From NCBI GenBank assembly GCA_938040985.1, contig CALHZD010000095.1:447-64446 (forward strand): DNA of 64,000 nt, in the 5' to 3' direction. A program made the translations under genes and the position numbers. Below, one piece after another: positions 9,540 to 18,772 of this stretch. Under the pieces are notes generated by a model that did not search any database, was not told the DNA's origin, and saw only the letters and a program-made list of their open reading frames with translations. Position 1 is the first letter of the stretch; each line of letters starts with the position of its first letter. The DNA comes from an uncultured Propionivibrio sp. (lineage in GTDB: Bacteria > Pseudomonadota > Gammaproteobacteria > Burkholderiales > Rhodocyclaceae).

Positions 9540-9835
9540 CACCCGCCAGACCACTGCCGGAACCCGCGTAAACAGGGCGTTCCCCGGCACCTCCTCTGAA
9601 ACCCTTATCAATAAAGGGCTGGCAGGCAGGGTGTCCGGAGATGCCCTATCTACACGGTTTGCAGAGAATTGGTCGGGCGCAGTGTTCCAAGTTATGTTTT
9701 GTGATGCTTTGGAGCCCTTGTATTTAGGGCGTTTCAGAGCATTTTATGTTTTTTGGCTTGTTTGCGTAGCTTTTGGAGCACTTTTTTTTGTTTTTTAAGA
9801 TGCCCGTGGATAAAGGCGCTTCGGGCAGCGGTTTT
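9540..9835 (-). repeat. Composite intergenic repeat element, copy B (stem-loop units 9557..9660, head module 9689..9755 in reverse orientation, T-rich tail 9756..9800, extra unit 9793..9806)
   Basis: Same unit types as copy A: CCGGAAC-CCGCGTAAACAGGGC-GTTCCCCGG, CCCTTATCAATAAAGGG, CCCTATCTACACGG. The head is the reverse complement of 73..137. Confidence 0.7.
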
Positions 9836-9852
9836 GCGTCCGGCGCGCTTTG

Positions 9853-11862
9853 TCAGAATGCCATCGGATCAACTTCCAGGTGCCAGCGCAGCCGGGACGG
9901 TGTTTTGATTGCCGCAACAGCCGCCCGCCAGGGCGTGAGAAATGCCTGCAAGACCCGCCGTGAAGGCGATTCGACCAGCAGTTGCGCGCGTTCGAGATTA
10001 GCACGGCGGGCCAATCGCATGGGCACCGGGTCGTAGAGCATGACCTCCGGATACTCTGCGGCCTGCGGCCAGGCGCGCGCCGTGGCGAGAAAAGCGATGG
10101 CGTCGGCCATCTGTGGCGACTCGGCGCGGAGCATGGCCTGGTAGGCGTAGGGCGGAAAGCCCGCCTGCTCGCGCTCCTTGAGCTGCGCCTCGGCAAAGCC
10201 GGCGTAATCGTGGCGCACCAGCGCCGCGTAGAGCGGGTGGTCGGGGTACTGCGTCTGGATAATGACTTCGCCGGGCAGATCGGCGCGGCCGGCGCGGCCG
10301 GCAACCTGCATCAGCTGGGCAAACAGTCGCTCCGCCGCCCGCCAGTCGGCGGCGAACAGGGCGGCATCGGCGCCCAGTACGCCGACCAGCGTCAGCTTTG
10401 GGAAGTCGTGCCCCTTGGCCAGCATCTGCGTGCCGACGAGGATGTCGGCCTCCCCGGCGCGAATGCGGGCGACCAGGGCTTCCCATTGTTTACGGCTTTT
10501 TGCCGCATCGCGGTCAACGCGCAGCACGCGGGCGTAGGGAAAGCGCGCGGCGAGCGCCGCTTCGAGCCGTTGCGTGCCGCGCCCGAAGGGCATGATGTCC
10601 TGATTGCCGCAGGTCGGGCAATGTTTCGGCACGCGGCACTCGAAGCCGCAATGGTGGCAGCGCAGCCGCCGGTCGGCCAGATGCAGCACCAGATTGGCGG
10701 CACAGCGCCGGCAACGCGAAATCCAGCCGCACGCCGGGCAGGACAGCACCGGCGCATAGCCGCGCCGGTTGAGGAAGACGAGGCTTTGCTCGCCGCGCGC
10801 CAGACGCATATTGATCGCCGCCAATAAAGCCTCGCAGCAGCCGTCCTGCAATTTTTCCTGGCGCGTGTCAATGCGCCGCACCGCCGGCAGGCGCGCGCCG
10901 CCGATGGCGCGCGCCTTGAGCGTGAGCAGCCGGTAGCGCGCGCGGGTACGCGGATCGGTCGCATTCGCCCAGCTTTCCAGCGACGGCGTCGCCGAGCCGA
11001 GCACGATCGGGATGTTGCGGGCGCGGGCGCGAAACACGGCCACGTCGCGCGCCGAATAGCGCATGCCCTCCTGCTGCTTGAACGAAGCGTCATGTTCCTC
11101 ATCAACGATGATCAGGCCAAGATCAGGCAGCGGCGTAAATACCGCCAGCCGCGTCCCCAGCACGATGCGCGCCGCGCCCTCGAACGCCGCCCGCCAATGT
11201 TGCGCGCGCGCCGCTTCGCTCAGTTCGCTGTGCAGGCTGACCAGCGGCGCCTCCGGAAAACGCGCGGCGACGCGCTCCTCAAGCTGCGGCGTCAGGTTGA
11301 TTTCCGGCACCAGCAGCAGCGCCTGCCGGCCGGCGGCCAACGCCCGTGCAATCAGGCGCAGATAAACCTCGGTTTTGCCGCTGCCGGTTACGCCATGCAG
11401 TAGGTACGGCTGAAAACCCTCCTCGCCGGCAATGGCCGCCAGCGCGGCTTCCTGTTCATCGGTCAGCGCCGGCGCGGGGCTGGGAGACGGCGTTCGGGCG
11501 GCACGGCGCGGCGTTCGCGCTCGCGGCGGGTCGATGCGGCGCAGCCTGGTCGGCAGGGTCGAGAGCATGACTTCGCCCAGCGGCGCATGGTAGTAGGCGG
11601 CGCAGAACTCGCACAGACGGAACCATTCGGCCGGCAGCGGCGGCAGGTCGCGCAGCACCGCATCGGCCTCTTTCAGCCGCGCCTCGGCCAGTTCGCTGCG
11701 CTCGGGCAGCGCGGTCAGCACGCCGATGCGCATCTGCCGGCCGAAGGGGACGCGCACGCGCAGCCCGATGTCGGCAGCGCCCAGGGACTCGCCCGCCGGC
11801 GCGTAATAATCAAACAGGCCCTCCAGCGGCACGTCAAGAGCAACACGGATAATCTGGCGCAC
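9853..11862 (-). CDS. priA: Primosomal protein N' (replication restart helicase PriA)
   Basis: Walker A GVTGSGKTEVY; DEEH box IIVDEEHD; Cys-rich zinc-binding insert CPACGW..CRRC...CHHCG...CPTCG. Confidence 0.95.
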   Translation of the reverse strand: MRQIIRVALDVPLEGLFDYYAPAGESLGAADIGLRVRVPFGRQMRIGVLTALPERSELAEARLKEADAVLRDLPPLPAEWFRLCEFCAAYYHAPLGEVMLSTLPTRLRRIDPPRARTPRRAARTPSPSPAPALTDEQEAALAAIAGEEGFQPYLLHGVTGSGKTEVYLRLIARALAAGRQALLLVPEINLTPQLEERVAARFPEAPLVSLHSELSEAARAQHWRAAFEGAARIVLGTRLAVFTPLPDLGLIIVDEEHDASFKQQEGMRYSARDVAVFRARARNIPIVLGSATPSLESWANATDPRTRARYRLLTLKARAIGGARLPAVRRIDTRQEKLQDGCCEALLAAINMRLARGEQSLVFLNRRGYAPVLSCPACGWISRCRRCAANLVLHLADRRLRCHHCGFECRVPKHCPTCGNQDIMPFGRGTQRLEAALAARFPYARVLRVDRDAAKSRKQWEALVARIRAGEADILVGTQMLAKGHDFPKLTLVGVLGADAALFAADWRAAERLFAQLMQVAGRAGRADLPGEVIIQTQYPDHPLYAALVRHDYAGFAEAQLKEREQAGFPPYAYQAMLRAESPQMADAIAFLATARAWPQAAEYPEVMLYDPVPMRLARRANLERAQLLVESPSRRVLQAFLTPWRAAVAAIKTPSRLRWHLEVDPMAF

Positions 11863-12128
11863 GCAATAGGCTCTTTAAGACAATCTCAGATCCCCCAAGC
11901 CGTCAAGCGTCGGGCCTGGCGGCGCGGGACGGAATGGGGCGCCCCTGGCGGAATTTCTCGCCGTGCGAGTGATGGAACGGCTGGAACAACGGCAAAGCCG
12001 CGGCGCGGCGGTGTTACCCTCCTTGGCAAGCGGGATAAAGCGGGATGAAATATCATGCGGTTGCGCTACTTTTTTCATTTGCTTTCTACGAAACGCGCCT
12101 AATGCTTTCTCTCGACAAGGTTTTTTCG

Positions 12129-12328
12129 TTATGCACATTTTCTGTGGATAATTTTGTGGAATTGGGCTGAAAAGCGCGTCTAATTGCGTGTTCCATAAGG
12201 GTTTTCATTAGCTTGCCTGAAAAATAATCAGAAAAATATCTTTTAATAATCAAATAGATAAAAATAATACGCTGATTATCAACGGGTTTGCGAATGCGCC
12301 GGCACAACAAGCTGATTTTTGTGCATAA
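12129..12328. promoter_or_regulatory. Cluster of DnaA-box-like 9-mers flanking an AT-rich tract
   Basis: TGTGGATAA (12143..12151) is a perfect complement of TTATCCACA. Four other 9-mers are one to two mismatches away: TTATGCACA 12129..12137, TGTGGAATT 12155..12163, TTATCAACG 12276..12284, TGTGCATAA 12320..12328. An AT-rich stretch at 12180..12275 carries repeated AATAATCA-type words. Confidence 0.5.
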
Positions 12329-12350
12329 GTCAAGCGTTCGCCGGTCTGTT

Positions 12351-13475
12351 TTACGCCATTTCAGGATGTCCGGCCGGATTTCCGGCTGAATTCCCCGCCT
12401 TGTTTCCCGGCAGCAAAGGCGGGCGGCGGTAGGCATGCACCGTTTCGACCAGCGCAGCAATGTTTTCGGGCGGTGTGTATTGGGAAATCCCGTGGCCGAG
12501 GTTGAACACATGCCCGGTATCCCCAGCGCCATAGCGATCCAGCACCTTGATCGCCTCCGCCGCCACGACCGCCGGCGGAGCGAAGAGGACACTCGGATCA
12601 AGATTGCCCTGCAAGGCGACTTTATCGCCGACGCGCCGGCGCGCTTCGCCCAGATCAATCGTCCAGTCCAGGCTGACGGCGTCACAGCCGCAGGCGGCGA
12701 TGGCTTCCAGCCACAGGCCGCCGCCTTTGGTAAATACGATTACGGGAATGCGCCCGTCCTCTTGCTCACATTTCAGGCCGGCAATGATCCGTTGCAGATA
12801 CGCCAGCGAAAACTCCCGGTATGCGGCCGCCGACAGGCTGCCGCCCCAGGTATCGAACAGCATCAGCGCCTGCGCGCCGGCCTCAATCTGGGCATTGAGG
12901 CAGGCCGTCACCGCCTCGGAAGTCACCGCCAGCAGGCGGTGCAGCAAATCCGGGCGCGCATAGAGCATGGTCTTGATATGGCGATAGTCGCTGCGGGAAG
13001 CGCCTTCAACCATGTAGCAGGCCAAGGTGTAGGGGCTGCCGGCAAAGCCGATCAGTGGCACGTGATTATCGAGCGCCCGCCGGGCCTCGCTGATGGCGTC
13101 GGTCACATAACGCAGGCGATCGTAGGGGTCGGGGGCGGCCAGCCGCAGGATGTCCCGTTCCTCACGCAAGGGATGTTCAAAGCGCGGCCCTTCGCCCTCG
13201 CTGAAATACAGCCCCAGCCCCATGGCATCGGGCACAGTCAAAATGTCGGAAAAAATGATGGCGGCGTCCAGATCGTAGCGCGCCAGCGGTTGCAGCGTCG
13301 CTTCACAGGCCAGCGCCGGATTCCGGCACAAATCGAGAAAGCCGCCGGCGCGCCGGCGCAGCGCGCGGTATTCCGGCAGATAACGCCCAGCCTGGCGCAT
13401 CATCCAGATCGGCGTATGGTCGGTCGGCCGGCGCAGCAGCGCGCGCAGAAAATTATCGTTACGGGGTCGGGCCAT
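12351..13475 (-). CDS. hemE: Uroporphyrinogen decarboxylase HemE
   Basis: N-terminal signature [31 protein letters not shown] and full-length family-like sequence. Start moved to the Met at 13475. Confidence 0.95.
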   Translation of the reverse strand: MARPRNDNFLRALLRRPTDHTPIWMMRQAGRYLPEYRALRRRAGGFLDLCRNPALACEATLQPLARYDLDAAIIFSDILTVPDAMGLGLYFSEGEGPRFEHPLREERDILRLAAPDPYDRLRYVTDAISEARRALDNHVPLIGFAGSPYTLACYMVEGASRSDYRHIKTMLYARPDLLHRLLAVTSEAVTACLNAQIEAGAQALMLFDTWGGSLSAAAYREFSLAYLQRIIAGLKCEQEDGRIPVIVFTKGGGLWLEAIAACGCDAVSLDWTIDLGEARRRVGDKVALQGNLDPSVLFAPPAVVAAEAIKVLDRYGAGDTGHVFNLGHGISQYTPPENIAALVETVHAYRRPPLLPGNKAGNSAGNPAGHPEMA

Positions 13476-13559
13476 GGCGGTTTTGATCGTTCGGCGGGGG
13501 TATCGGGACAAAAACGGATTATGCGTTAATTTGCAAAGTCAAGCCGCTATTTAAGCTTG

Positions 13560-14190
13560 CGAAGTTTCCTCTGAATTCCGTAAAGACCGGGCAGAAAACA
13601 TAAAATGCTCTAAAACGCCCTGAATACAAGGGCCCAAGGGCATCAAAAAACATAAACCCCTCAGTTCTTCAAACTGCCCCCTTTAAAAAAGGGGAAGCAA
13701 GTGGAGCTACCCTAGGCTCCTTTATCCACGGGAATTTCAGAGCGCCTGCCCTGAACGCTTTTATTCACGCGGGGTCCGGATCACCCCAAAGACCCCTTGC
13801 CCTTTAGGAGAGGGTAAAAAAGATAAAAAGAGCGCAGGGGCAATATCAAATCCCATCTGAAGTAACAGAAGCCAAGAGAAGCCAAGCCTTCGGCGTGTTG
13901 CCCTCTCTGCCCCTTCGGGGCATCTTCCTCACAGGGGGAGAATTGGAAACGCGGGGACGGAAGCGTAGGTGCATCTCCCAAAAGAGGTGGCCTGAAGCCC
14001 ACGTATTTAGGGCATCTCCGAGGAGGTGATCCGGAACCCTTATAAACAGGGCATCTCAGAGCACCCGGCCGCCAGCCCTTTATTTATAAGGGTTTCAGCG
14101 CCTCCCACTCGGAGCGCCTTTATCCATGCGGGGTTCAGAGAGGTATGCCCGGAAACGCCCAATCCACGCGGGTCTTCGGGGCGCTGTTTT
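13560..14190 (+). repeat. Composite intergenic repeat element, copy C (largest). Head module 13593..13657 forward, ~220-bp unique insert, at least 7 stem-loop units.
   Basis: The head matches copy A. Units include CCTTTATCCACGGG, CCCACGTATTTAGGGC, CCCTTATAAACAGGGC, GCCCTTTATTTATAAGGGT, CCTTTATCCATGCGGGG, CCCAATCCACGCGGG. The 73-aa ORF 13781..14002 inside it looks spurious. Confidence 0.7.
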
Positions 14191-14199
14191 TGACCGCGC

Positions 14200-14973
14200 T
14201 TAGGCCAGGGCGTCCCGGATCAGCTTGACGCCGCTGAAAAACAGCAGCAGGTAGCTGATCTGGAAAAAGGCTTTCTCAGAAATACGCTTGTGCAGCCAGA
14301 TGCCAAGCCAGATCCCGAGCGGCGCCAGCGGCGTAAAGAGCAGCGATGCGGAAAGGTTGCCCGGGTTTAATTGGCCGAGAAAGTAATATGGCGCCAGCTT
14401 GACGTAATTGGCGATGCAGAACAGCAGCGCCGAGGTGGCGACGATGGCCGATTTGTCCAGACGCTGCGAGTAGATGTAAACGGCAAAAGGCGGCCCGCCG
14501 GCATGCGCCAGCGTGCTGGTCAAGCCGGAGAATACGCCGCAGATTGCGCCCATGACCGGGCCGGGCGTTTTCTCGCTCATGGACAGGCGGGCGGCCAGAC
14601 GCTCGCTAAGTGCGAAGTGTTTGTTGACCGAGAAAAGCACGGCGATAAGGCCGACGATCAGCCGGATTGCATTGACCGGAAGCATGCCGAACGCCAGGCT
14701 GCCCAGGGCGATGCCCGTCAGTACGCCGGGGAGCAGAATGCGCAGATGCCGGGTCGACCAGCGCCCGCGCCAGGCATAAACGGCGAAAATATCCATGGCG
14801 CAAAGAATGGGCAGCATGATGCCGGCGGCTTCCGGCGGGGCAATGACCAGCGACAGGATCGGTACGGCCAGCCCGCCGGCCGCCGCGCCAAATCGGCCCT
14901 TGGAAATGCCGGTCAGCAAAATGGCAACAACGGCGACCGGATAAAACGCGAGGGGGACTTCAGGAAGCGTCAT
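14200..14973 (-). CDS. TauE/SafE-family (sulfite exporter-like) membrane transporter
   Basis: About 257-aa polytopic membrane protein with the internal duplication and Gly-rich TM pattern of the TauE/SafE (DUF81) family. Start moved to the Met at 14973. Confidence 0.75.
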   Translation of the reverse strand: MTLPEVPLAFYPVAVVAILLTGISKGRFGAAAGGLAVPILSLVIAPPEAAGIMLPILCAMDIFAVYAWRGRWSTRHLRILLPGVLTGIALGSLAFGMLPVNAIRLIVGLIAVLFSVNKHFALSERLAARLSMSEKTPGPVMGAICGVFSGLTSTLAHAGGPPFAVYIYSQRLDKSAIVATSALLFCIANYVKLAPYYFLGQLNPGNLSASLLFTPLAPLGIWLGIWLHKRISEKAFFQISYLLLFFSGVKLIRDALA

Positions 14974-15583
14974 CGGCGGCGGGCGTGGCTTTCTTCCCGC
15001 CTTCAAGCGATTCGATCAGCTCGAACAGGCGCTGGTAGAACCCGGCGTTGGTAATGGTTTCCTCGCTGATTTTGACCAGCGTATTGCGATCCATCGTCCA
15101 CGGCAGAGAGAGCGACCCCATGCCGGAAACGCTGAAGCCGGCGCTGTTGCCGCTCGATTTAAGCTCGTAATGGGTTTCCTGGGCGTTGGCGTAAATGACG
15201 GCGCCCCGGCCGCTTGCCAGGCAGACGAGATTGATGCCGAGGCGGACGACTCTTTCTGCTTCGGGGCGGAAAATTTTTTCGCCGTTCAGACTCAAGGCCT
15301 TCTCTTCACCGATACGGTAGCCCTGACTCAACAGCGCGCGCTTGCCGGTTTCGCACGCCGCTTCCGGCGTATGTCGGCTGGTATAGGCAAAAGGCGTATC
15401 CGTCGTAAATGTTTCGTTCGCATGGACGCGCTTCTCCGGCGCGGTAGCGCTTTTGCAGGCCGTAAGCGTTAACGCCAGCCCAAGTCCAAGAATCAATATA
15501 GCGGCCTGCGAAAGCCGTTGAAAATATGGATGTTGCTTGTCCCGCGGTTTTTGCGGAAAAAAGATCGAAGTCATGGCATTCAT
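14960..15583 (-). CDS. Predicted lipoprotein (DUF2242-like, assignment from memory)
   Basis: Signal peptide with lipobox LALTLTAC. ATG at 15583 lies 5 nt after the stop of the upstream frame-B ubiJ-like segment. It is in frame with the upstream ORF but has its own export signal. Confidence 0.7.
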   Translation of the reverse strand: MNAMTSIFFPQKPRDKQHPYFQRLSQAAILILGLGLALTLTACKSATAPEKRVHANETFTTDTPFAYTSRHTPEAACETGKRALLSQGYRIGEEKALSLNGEKIFRPEAERVVRLGINLVCLASGRGAVIYANAQETHYELKSSGNSAGFSVSGMGSLSLPWTMDRNTLVKISEETITNAGFYQRLFELIESLEGGKKATPAADDAS

Positions 15584-15587
15584 ACAA

Positions 15588-16315
15588 TCATTGAGAGTAA
15601 GCGCACGTCCGGATTTCCATGCCGCCCAGTCGTTCCAGGCGCTGTTTGAGCGATGTCGTATCCCGGGGCTGCGCGTCGATGGGGCGAGCCAATGCCCCAG
15701 CTCGACTCGTCCGAGAATAAGCGAGGTTTCCTCGCTGAAAGATTCGGCGAAATTCCGTGCAAATGCGCGGGCCGCGCGCGAAACGCCGGAAAATACCGCG
15801 CGGCCGCCCTGCGCCAGCCATCGGACGGAATGGACGGCGATGTCTCCGGCGCAGCGGGACAGATCGTCCCCGACATCTCGGCGCAGATTGCGCCGGCGGA
15901 AAACCGGCGTGTCGGCCCGATCCGCGGCGTCCCCAATACGGGCGCGGGCGGCGGTCAGGAAACCTTTGCCGGCAGGCGTTCTGGAAGCGCCGGGTGCGCC
16001 TGGATTGACGAAGCCGACAGCCGTCCATTGCGTTACCCGGACCATTCGCGCAACCGGCGGAAAAGTGAGCGAGGTGGGAAGGGTCAGGCGGGTCAGGATA
16101 TTGGCGGCTGAAGGCGCTTCGCGCAGCGCATGCCCAATGTTTGGCGCGGCGCGCAAAGCGCCGGCGTCGCTGACTTTGATGTGAAGATCGACAGGCGGAC
16201 AGCGCGCGTACATCGCCCGTCCGGCAAATGGCCGCGGGCGGGCCGTCGCCGACGCCTCGCCAATCTCGCCGGTGGGCGGGTAATTGATACAAGCCAGCGC
16301 GGTCGCCGTCAGCAT
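15588..16315 (-). pseudogene. ubiJ: UbiJ-like (SCP2-domain ubiquinone biosynthesis accessory factor) gene with an apparent frameshift near 15681..15685
   Basis: Frame A (from 16315) gives ...DLSRCAGDIAVHS...NFAESFSEETSLILGRVELGHWLA. Frame B then gives PIDAQPRDTTSLKQRLERLGG...stop at 15588. Joined, they align colinearly with my recollection of the E. coli UbiJ C-terminus (GDIAAE...AEAITEE...EVAWF + 21 aa ...LTKRLEKLE). Position downstream of ubiE and a Tim44-like gene is the usual betaproteobacterial synteny. Confidence 0.6.
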
Positions 16316-16323
16316 GGTAAGAA

Positions 16324-17181
16324 TTACTGAATCTGCTGAATGCCGGCGACAACCCAGCCGCTGTTGCCGTCGACCGGTTTGGTCAGATGCCAGATTTCTT
16401 CAAAGGGCGCCGCGGCGGCTTCGGCATCGCCAAGGGTCTCCCGAATCATGCCGCTAAAGCGCACGCTGGCGATATAACGCGAGCCTTCCTGGACGACTTC
16501 CAGCAAATCGGCCGCAAGCGTCACGATGTCGGTTTGCTGGGGCGTGTTACCGCGCTCGTCCATTTGTAGTTTGATCTCGGCGTAGATTTCGGGCGTGACG
16601 AATTCGCGAATGTCGTCGAGATTTTTCGCATCGTTGGCCGCCTGCAGGCGAACGAAGTTGAGTTTGGCAACGCGCAGGAAAGCTTCGTCGTCAAAACCGG
16701 CGAGGATGTTGCCGGGAGCCGATGGCGTATCGTCCGGCGCCGCAGCCCGCATGGATTGGGCGTTTGCGGCCGCCCCGTCGGTATGGCGCGGCGATTGCCC
16801 GGGAGTGTTTACGCCGGCATAGCGCATCGGCGCCTGCTGCATCTGCCGGGGGCGGCGGAACAGGCGGATAAGGAACATGCCGGCCATCACCAGCAGGATA
16901 AGCATGACGAAATTCGCCAGTTCGGCGCTCAGACCGAGAGATGAAAACAGTGCGGCGAGACCGAGGCCGGTTGCCAAACCGGCGATCGGGCCGAGCCAGC
17001 TGCGCTGCGCCTGACCCGGCGCGGGCGCGGCCTGCCGCTGCGGCGTGACCGGGCGGGGCGTGAGCGCCCGCCGCTGCATACCGACGGAGCGCCCGCCGCC
17101 CAAACGCGCGGCTTCGGCATCGTCGACGCTTGACACGACGGCGAGTAAGGCGATGAACATGGCGGCCAAAAATCTTTTCAT
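16324..17181 (-). CDS. Tim44-like domain membrane protein
   Basis: N-terminal signal/anchor, Pro/Gly-rich linker, TM segment. The C-terminal domain FDDEAFLRVAKLNFVRLQAANDAKNLDDIREFVTPEIY...WHLTKP...GWVVAGIQQ is typical of bacterial Tim44 homologues. Confidence 0.85.
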   Translation of the reverse strand: MKRFLAAMFIALLAVVSSVDDAEAARLGGGRSVGMQRRALTPRPVTPQRQAAPAPGQAQRSWLGPIAGLATGLGLAALFSSLGLSAELANFVMLILLVMAGMFLIRLFRRPRQMQQAPMRYAGVNTPGQSPRHTDGAAANAQSMRAAAPDDTPSAPGNILAGFDDEAFLRVAKLNFVRLQAANDAKNLDDIREFVTPEIYAEIKLQMDERGNTPQQTDIVTLAADLLEVVQEGSRYIASVRFSGMIRETLGDAEAAAAPFEEIWHLTKPVDGNSGWVVAGIQQIQ

Positions 17182-17229
17182 CAGGCGTTCTCCTTGGGTT
17201 TTTTAAATTTAATTGACTGAAAAATTCCT

Positions 17230-17964
17230 TCAAAACTTAAAACCCCGATGCAGGGCGACAACGCCCAGCGTCAGGTTGAAATATTCGACGTTTTCCAGCC
17301 CGGAGCGTTCCATCATCCGTTTCAGCGTCATCTGGTCCGGATGCATGCGGATCGACTCGGCAAGGTAGCGGTAGCTTCCTTCGTCCCGCGTCACGAGCCG
17401 GCCCAGCTTCGGGATGATTTTAAACGAATAGAAATCGTAGGCCGGCGCCAGCGGTTTCCAGATGCGCGAGAATTCGAGGATCAGCAGGCGTCCGCCCGGC
17501 CGCAGAACACGGCGCATTTCGGCGAGCGCCCTATCCTTGTGCGTCATGTTGCGCAAGCCGAAAGCGACCGTCACGCAATCAAAATAATCATCGGGGAACG
17601 GCAGCTTCTCAGCGTCACACTGCGCCACCGGCAATAGAATTCCCTGATCGCACAGGCGATCGCGGCCGCGCGTAAGCATGGCGTTGTTGATGTCGGTCAG
17701 CCAGACTTCACCGCTTTTGCCGACGCGGCGGGCAAAAGCGCGCGACAGGTCGCCGGTGCCGCCTGCCACATCAAGCACGCGCGCGCCTTCGCGCACGCCG
17801 CTGCGGTCGATGGTAAAGATTTTCCAGAGCCGATGCAGCCCGCCGGACATCAGATCGTTCATCAGGTCGTAGCGCGTCGCCACCGAATCGAAGACGCCGG
17901 CGACGCGCCGCGCTTTTTCGCGCTCGGCAACGTGTTCAAAGCCAAAATGGGTTTGTTTATCCAT
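17230..17964 (-). CDS. ubiE: Ubiquinone/menaquinone biosynthesis C-methyltransferase UbiE
   Basis: THFGF...[32 protein letters not shown] and SAM motif [11 protein letters not shown]. Start moved to MDKQTHFGF. Confidence 0.95.
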   Translation of the reverse strand: MDKQTHFGFEHVAEREKARRVAGVFDSVATRYDLMNDLMSGGLHRLWKIFTIDRSGVREGARVLDVAGGTGDLSRAFARRVGKSGEVWLTDINNAMLTRGRDRLCDQGILLPVAQCDAEKLPFPDDYFDCVTVAFGLRNMTHKDRALAEMRRVLRPGGRLLILEFSRIWKPLAPAYDFYSFKIIPKLGRLVTRDEGSYRYLAESIRMHPDQMTLKRMMERSGLENVEYFNLTLGVVALHRGFKF

Positions 17965-18110
17965 GGCAGGGTCAGGGCGATCGACGTTCATACTTTCGGG
18001 CTACAACGCAATTTTAGGCGATTGCAGGAAGATCGTAAGCCGTCAGGCGCGCAACGAGGGCGATGAGCATGGCGAACAGGCGAAGGCGCGGCGTATTTTG
18101 TACGCGGCGC

Positions 18111-18539
18111 TCAGTGTCTGACCAGGCCGCATTGCGCTGCGGGCGGCTCGGGCGACGGCGGGCATTCGGCCGGATCGCGGCTGCCGCCGGTCGCGGCGAG
18201 GCGGTCGAGGTAGGCTTGCCACAGCGCGTCGCGGTGGCGGCAGAAGTTGTACAGCAGATCCCAGGAATACAGGCCGCTGTCGTGACCGTCGGAAAAAACC
18301 AGACGAAGCGCGTAATTGCCAACCGGTTCGATGCGCTCGATTGCGACGTCGCGCTTGCCCAGTTGCAGGGTTTCCTGACCGCGCCCGTGGCCGCGCACGG
18401 CCGCCGAAGGCGAGAATACGCGGAGAAACTCATGGCTGAGTTCATAGCGCGCGTTCTCATAGACAAGTTCAAGGCGGCGGGTTTTCTGATGCAGCCGGAT
18501 TTCGGCGGGAATCGGCGTATCGGGAGAAAGTCCGGTCAT
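18111..18539 (-). CDS. DUF971 (gamma-butyrobetaine hydroxylase-like N-terminal domain) protein
   Basis: LELVYENARYELSHEFLRVFSPSA...IERIEPVGNYALRLVFSDGHDSGLYSWDLLY matches the DUF971 pattern. Commonly found next to ubiE in betaproteobacteria (from memory). Confidence 0.8.
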   Translation of the reverse strand: MTGLSPDTPIPAEIRLHQKTRRLELVYENARYELSHEFLRVFSPSAAVRGHGRGQETLQLGKRDVAIERIEPVGNYALRLVFSDGHDSGLYSWDLLYNFCRHRDALWQAYLDRLAATGGSRDPAECPPSPEPPAAQCGLVRH

Positions 18540-18772
18540 GGCGAATATCAGTCGGTCGAACGCGGCGGAGAAGGCGGAATGGGCGCAAATAAAAAACGAA
18601 TCGGGCAACACAGCCGGCGCGCCAATCATAACGTAAAACGGTGGTTCCCCGCCGGCGATATAAAGTCAGTCACGCTAAAAACTGCGCAGTTTTACGCCCG
18701 CTGTCTGAAGCCGTCCGTTCCAGTGGCCTGGTCAGTCCGGCGCAGTACGCCGCAATCCGGTCCGCGGTTAGA

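Noticed and set aside
13781-14002. 73-aa minus-strand ORF inside repeat copy C.
   Set aside because: It lies wholly within repeat/hairpin sequence (GCCCCTTCGGGGC etc.), its translation is low-complexity, and no RBS is evident.
13560-14190. CRISPR array or integron attC cassette array as an explanation for the clustered intergenic repeats.
   Set aside because: The units are degenerate, of variable length and spacing, and themselves palindromic. There are no unique spacers of constant size, and no cas or intI genes. Copies are dispersed at many loci.
14960-16315. Single 451-aa protein as given in the ORF track.
   Set aside because: An internal Met/signal peptide/lipobox sits at 15583, and a better UbiJ C-terminus lies in the -1 frame ending at 15588. 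This indicates two genes plus a frameshift, not one fusion protein.
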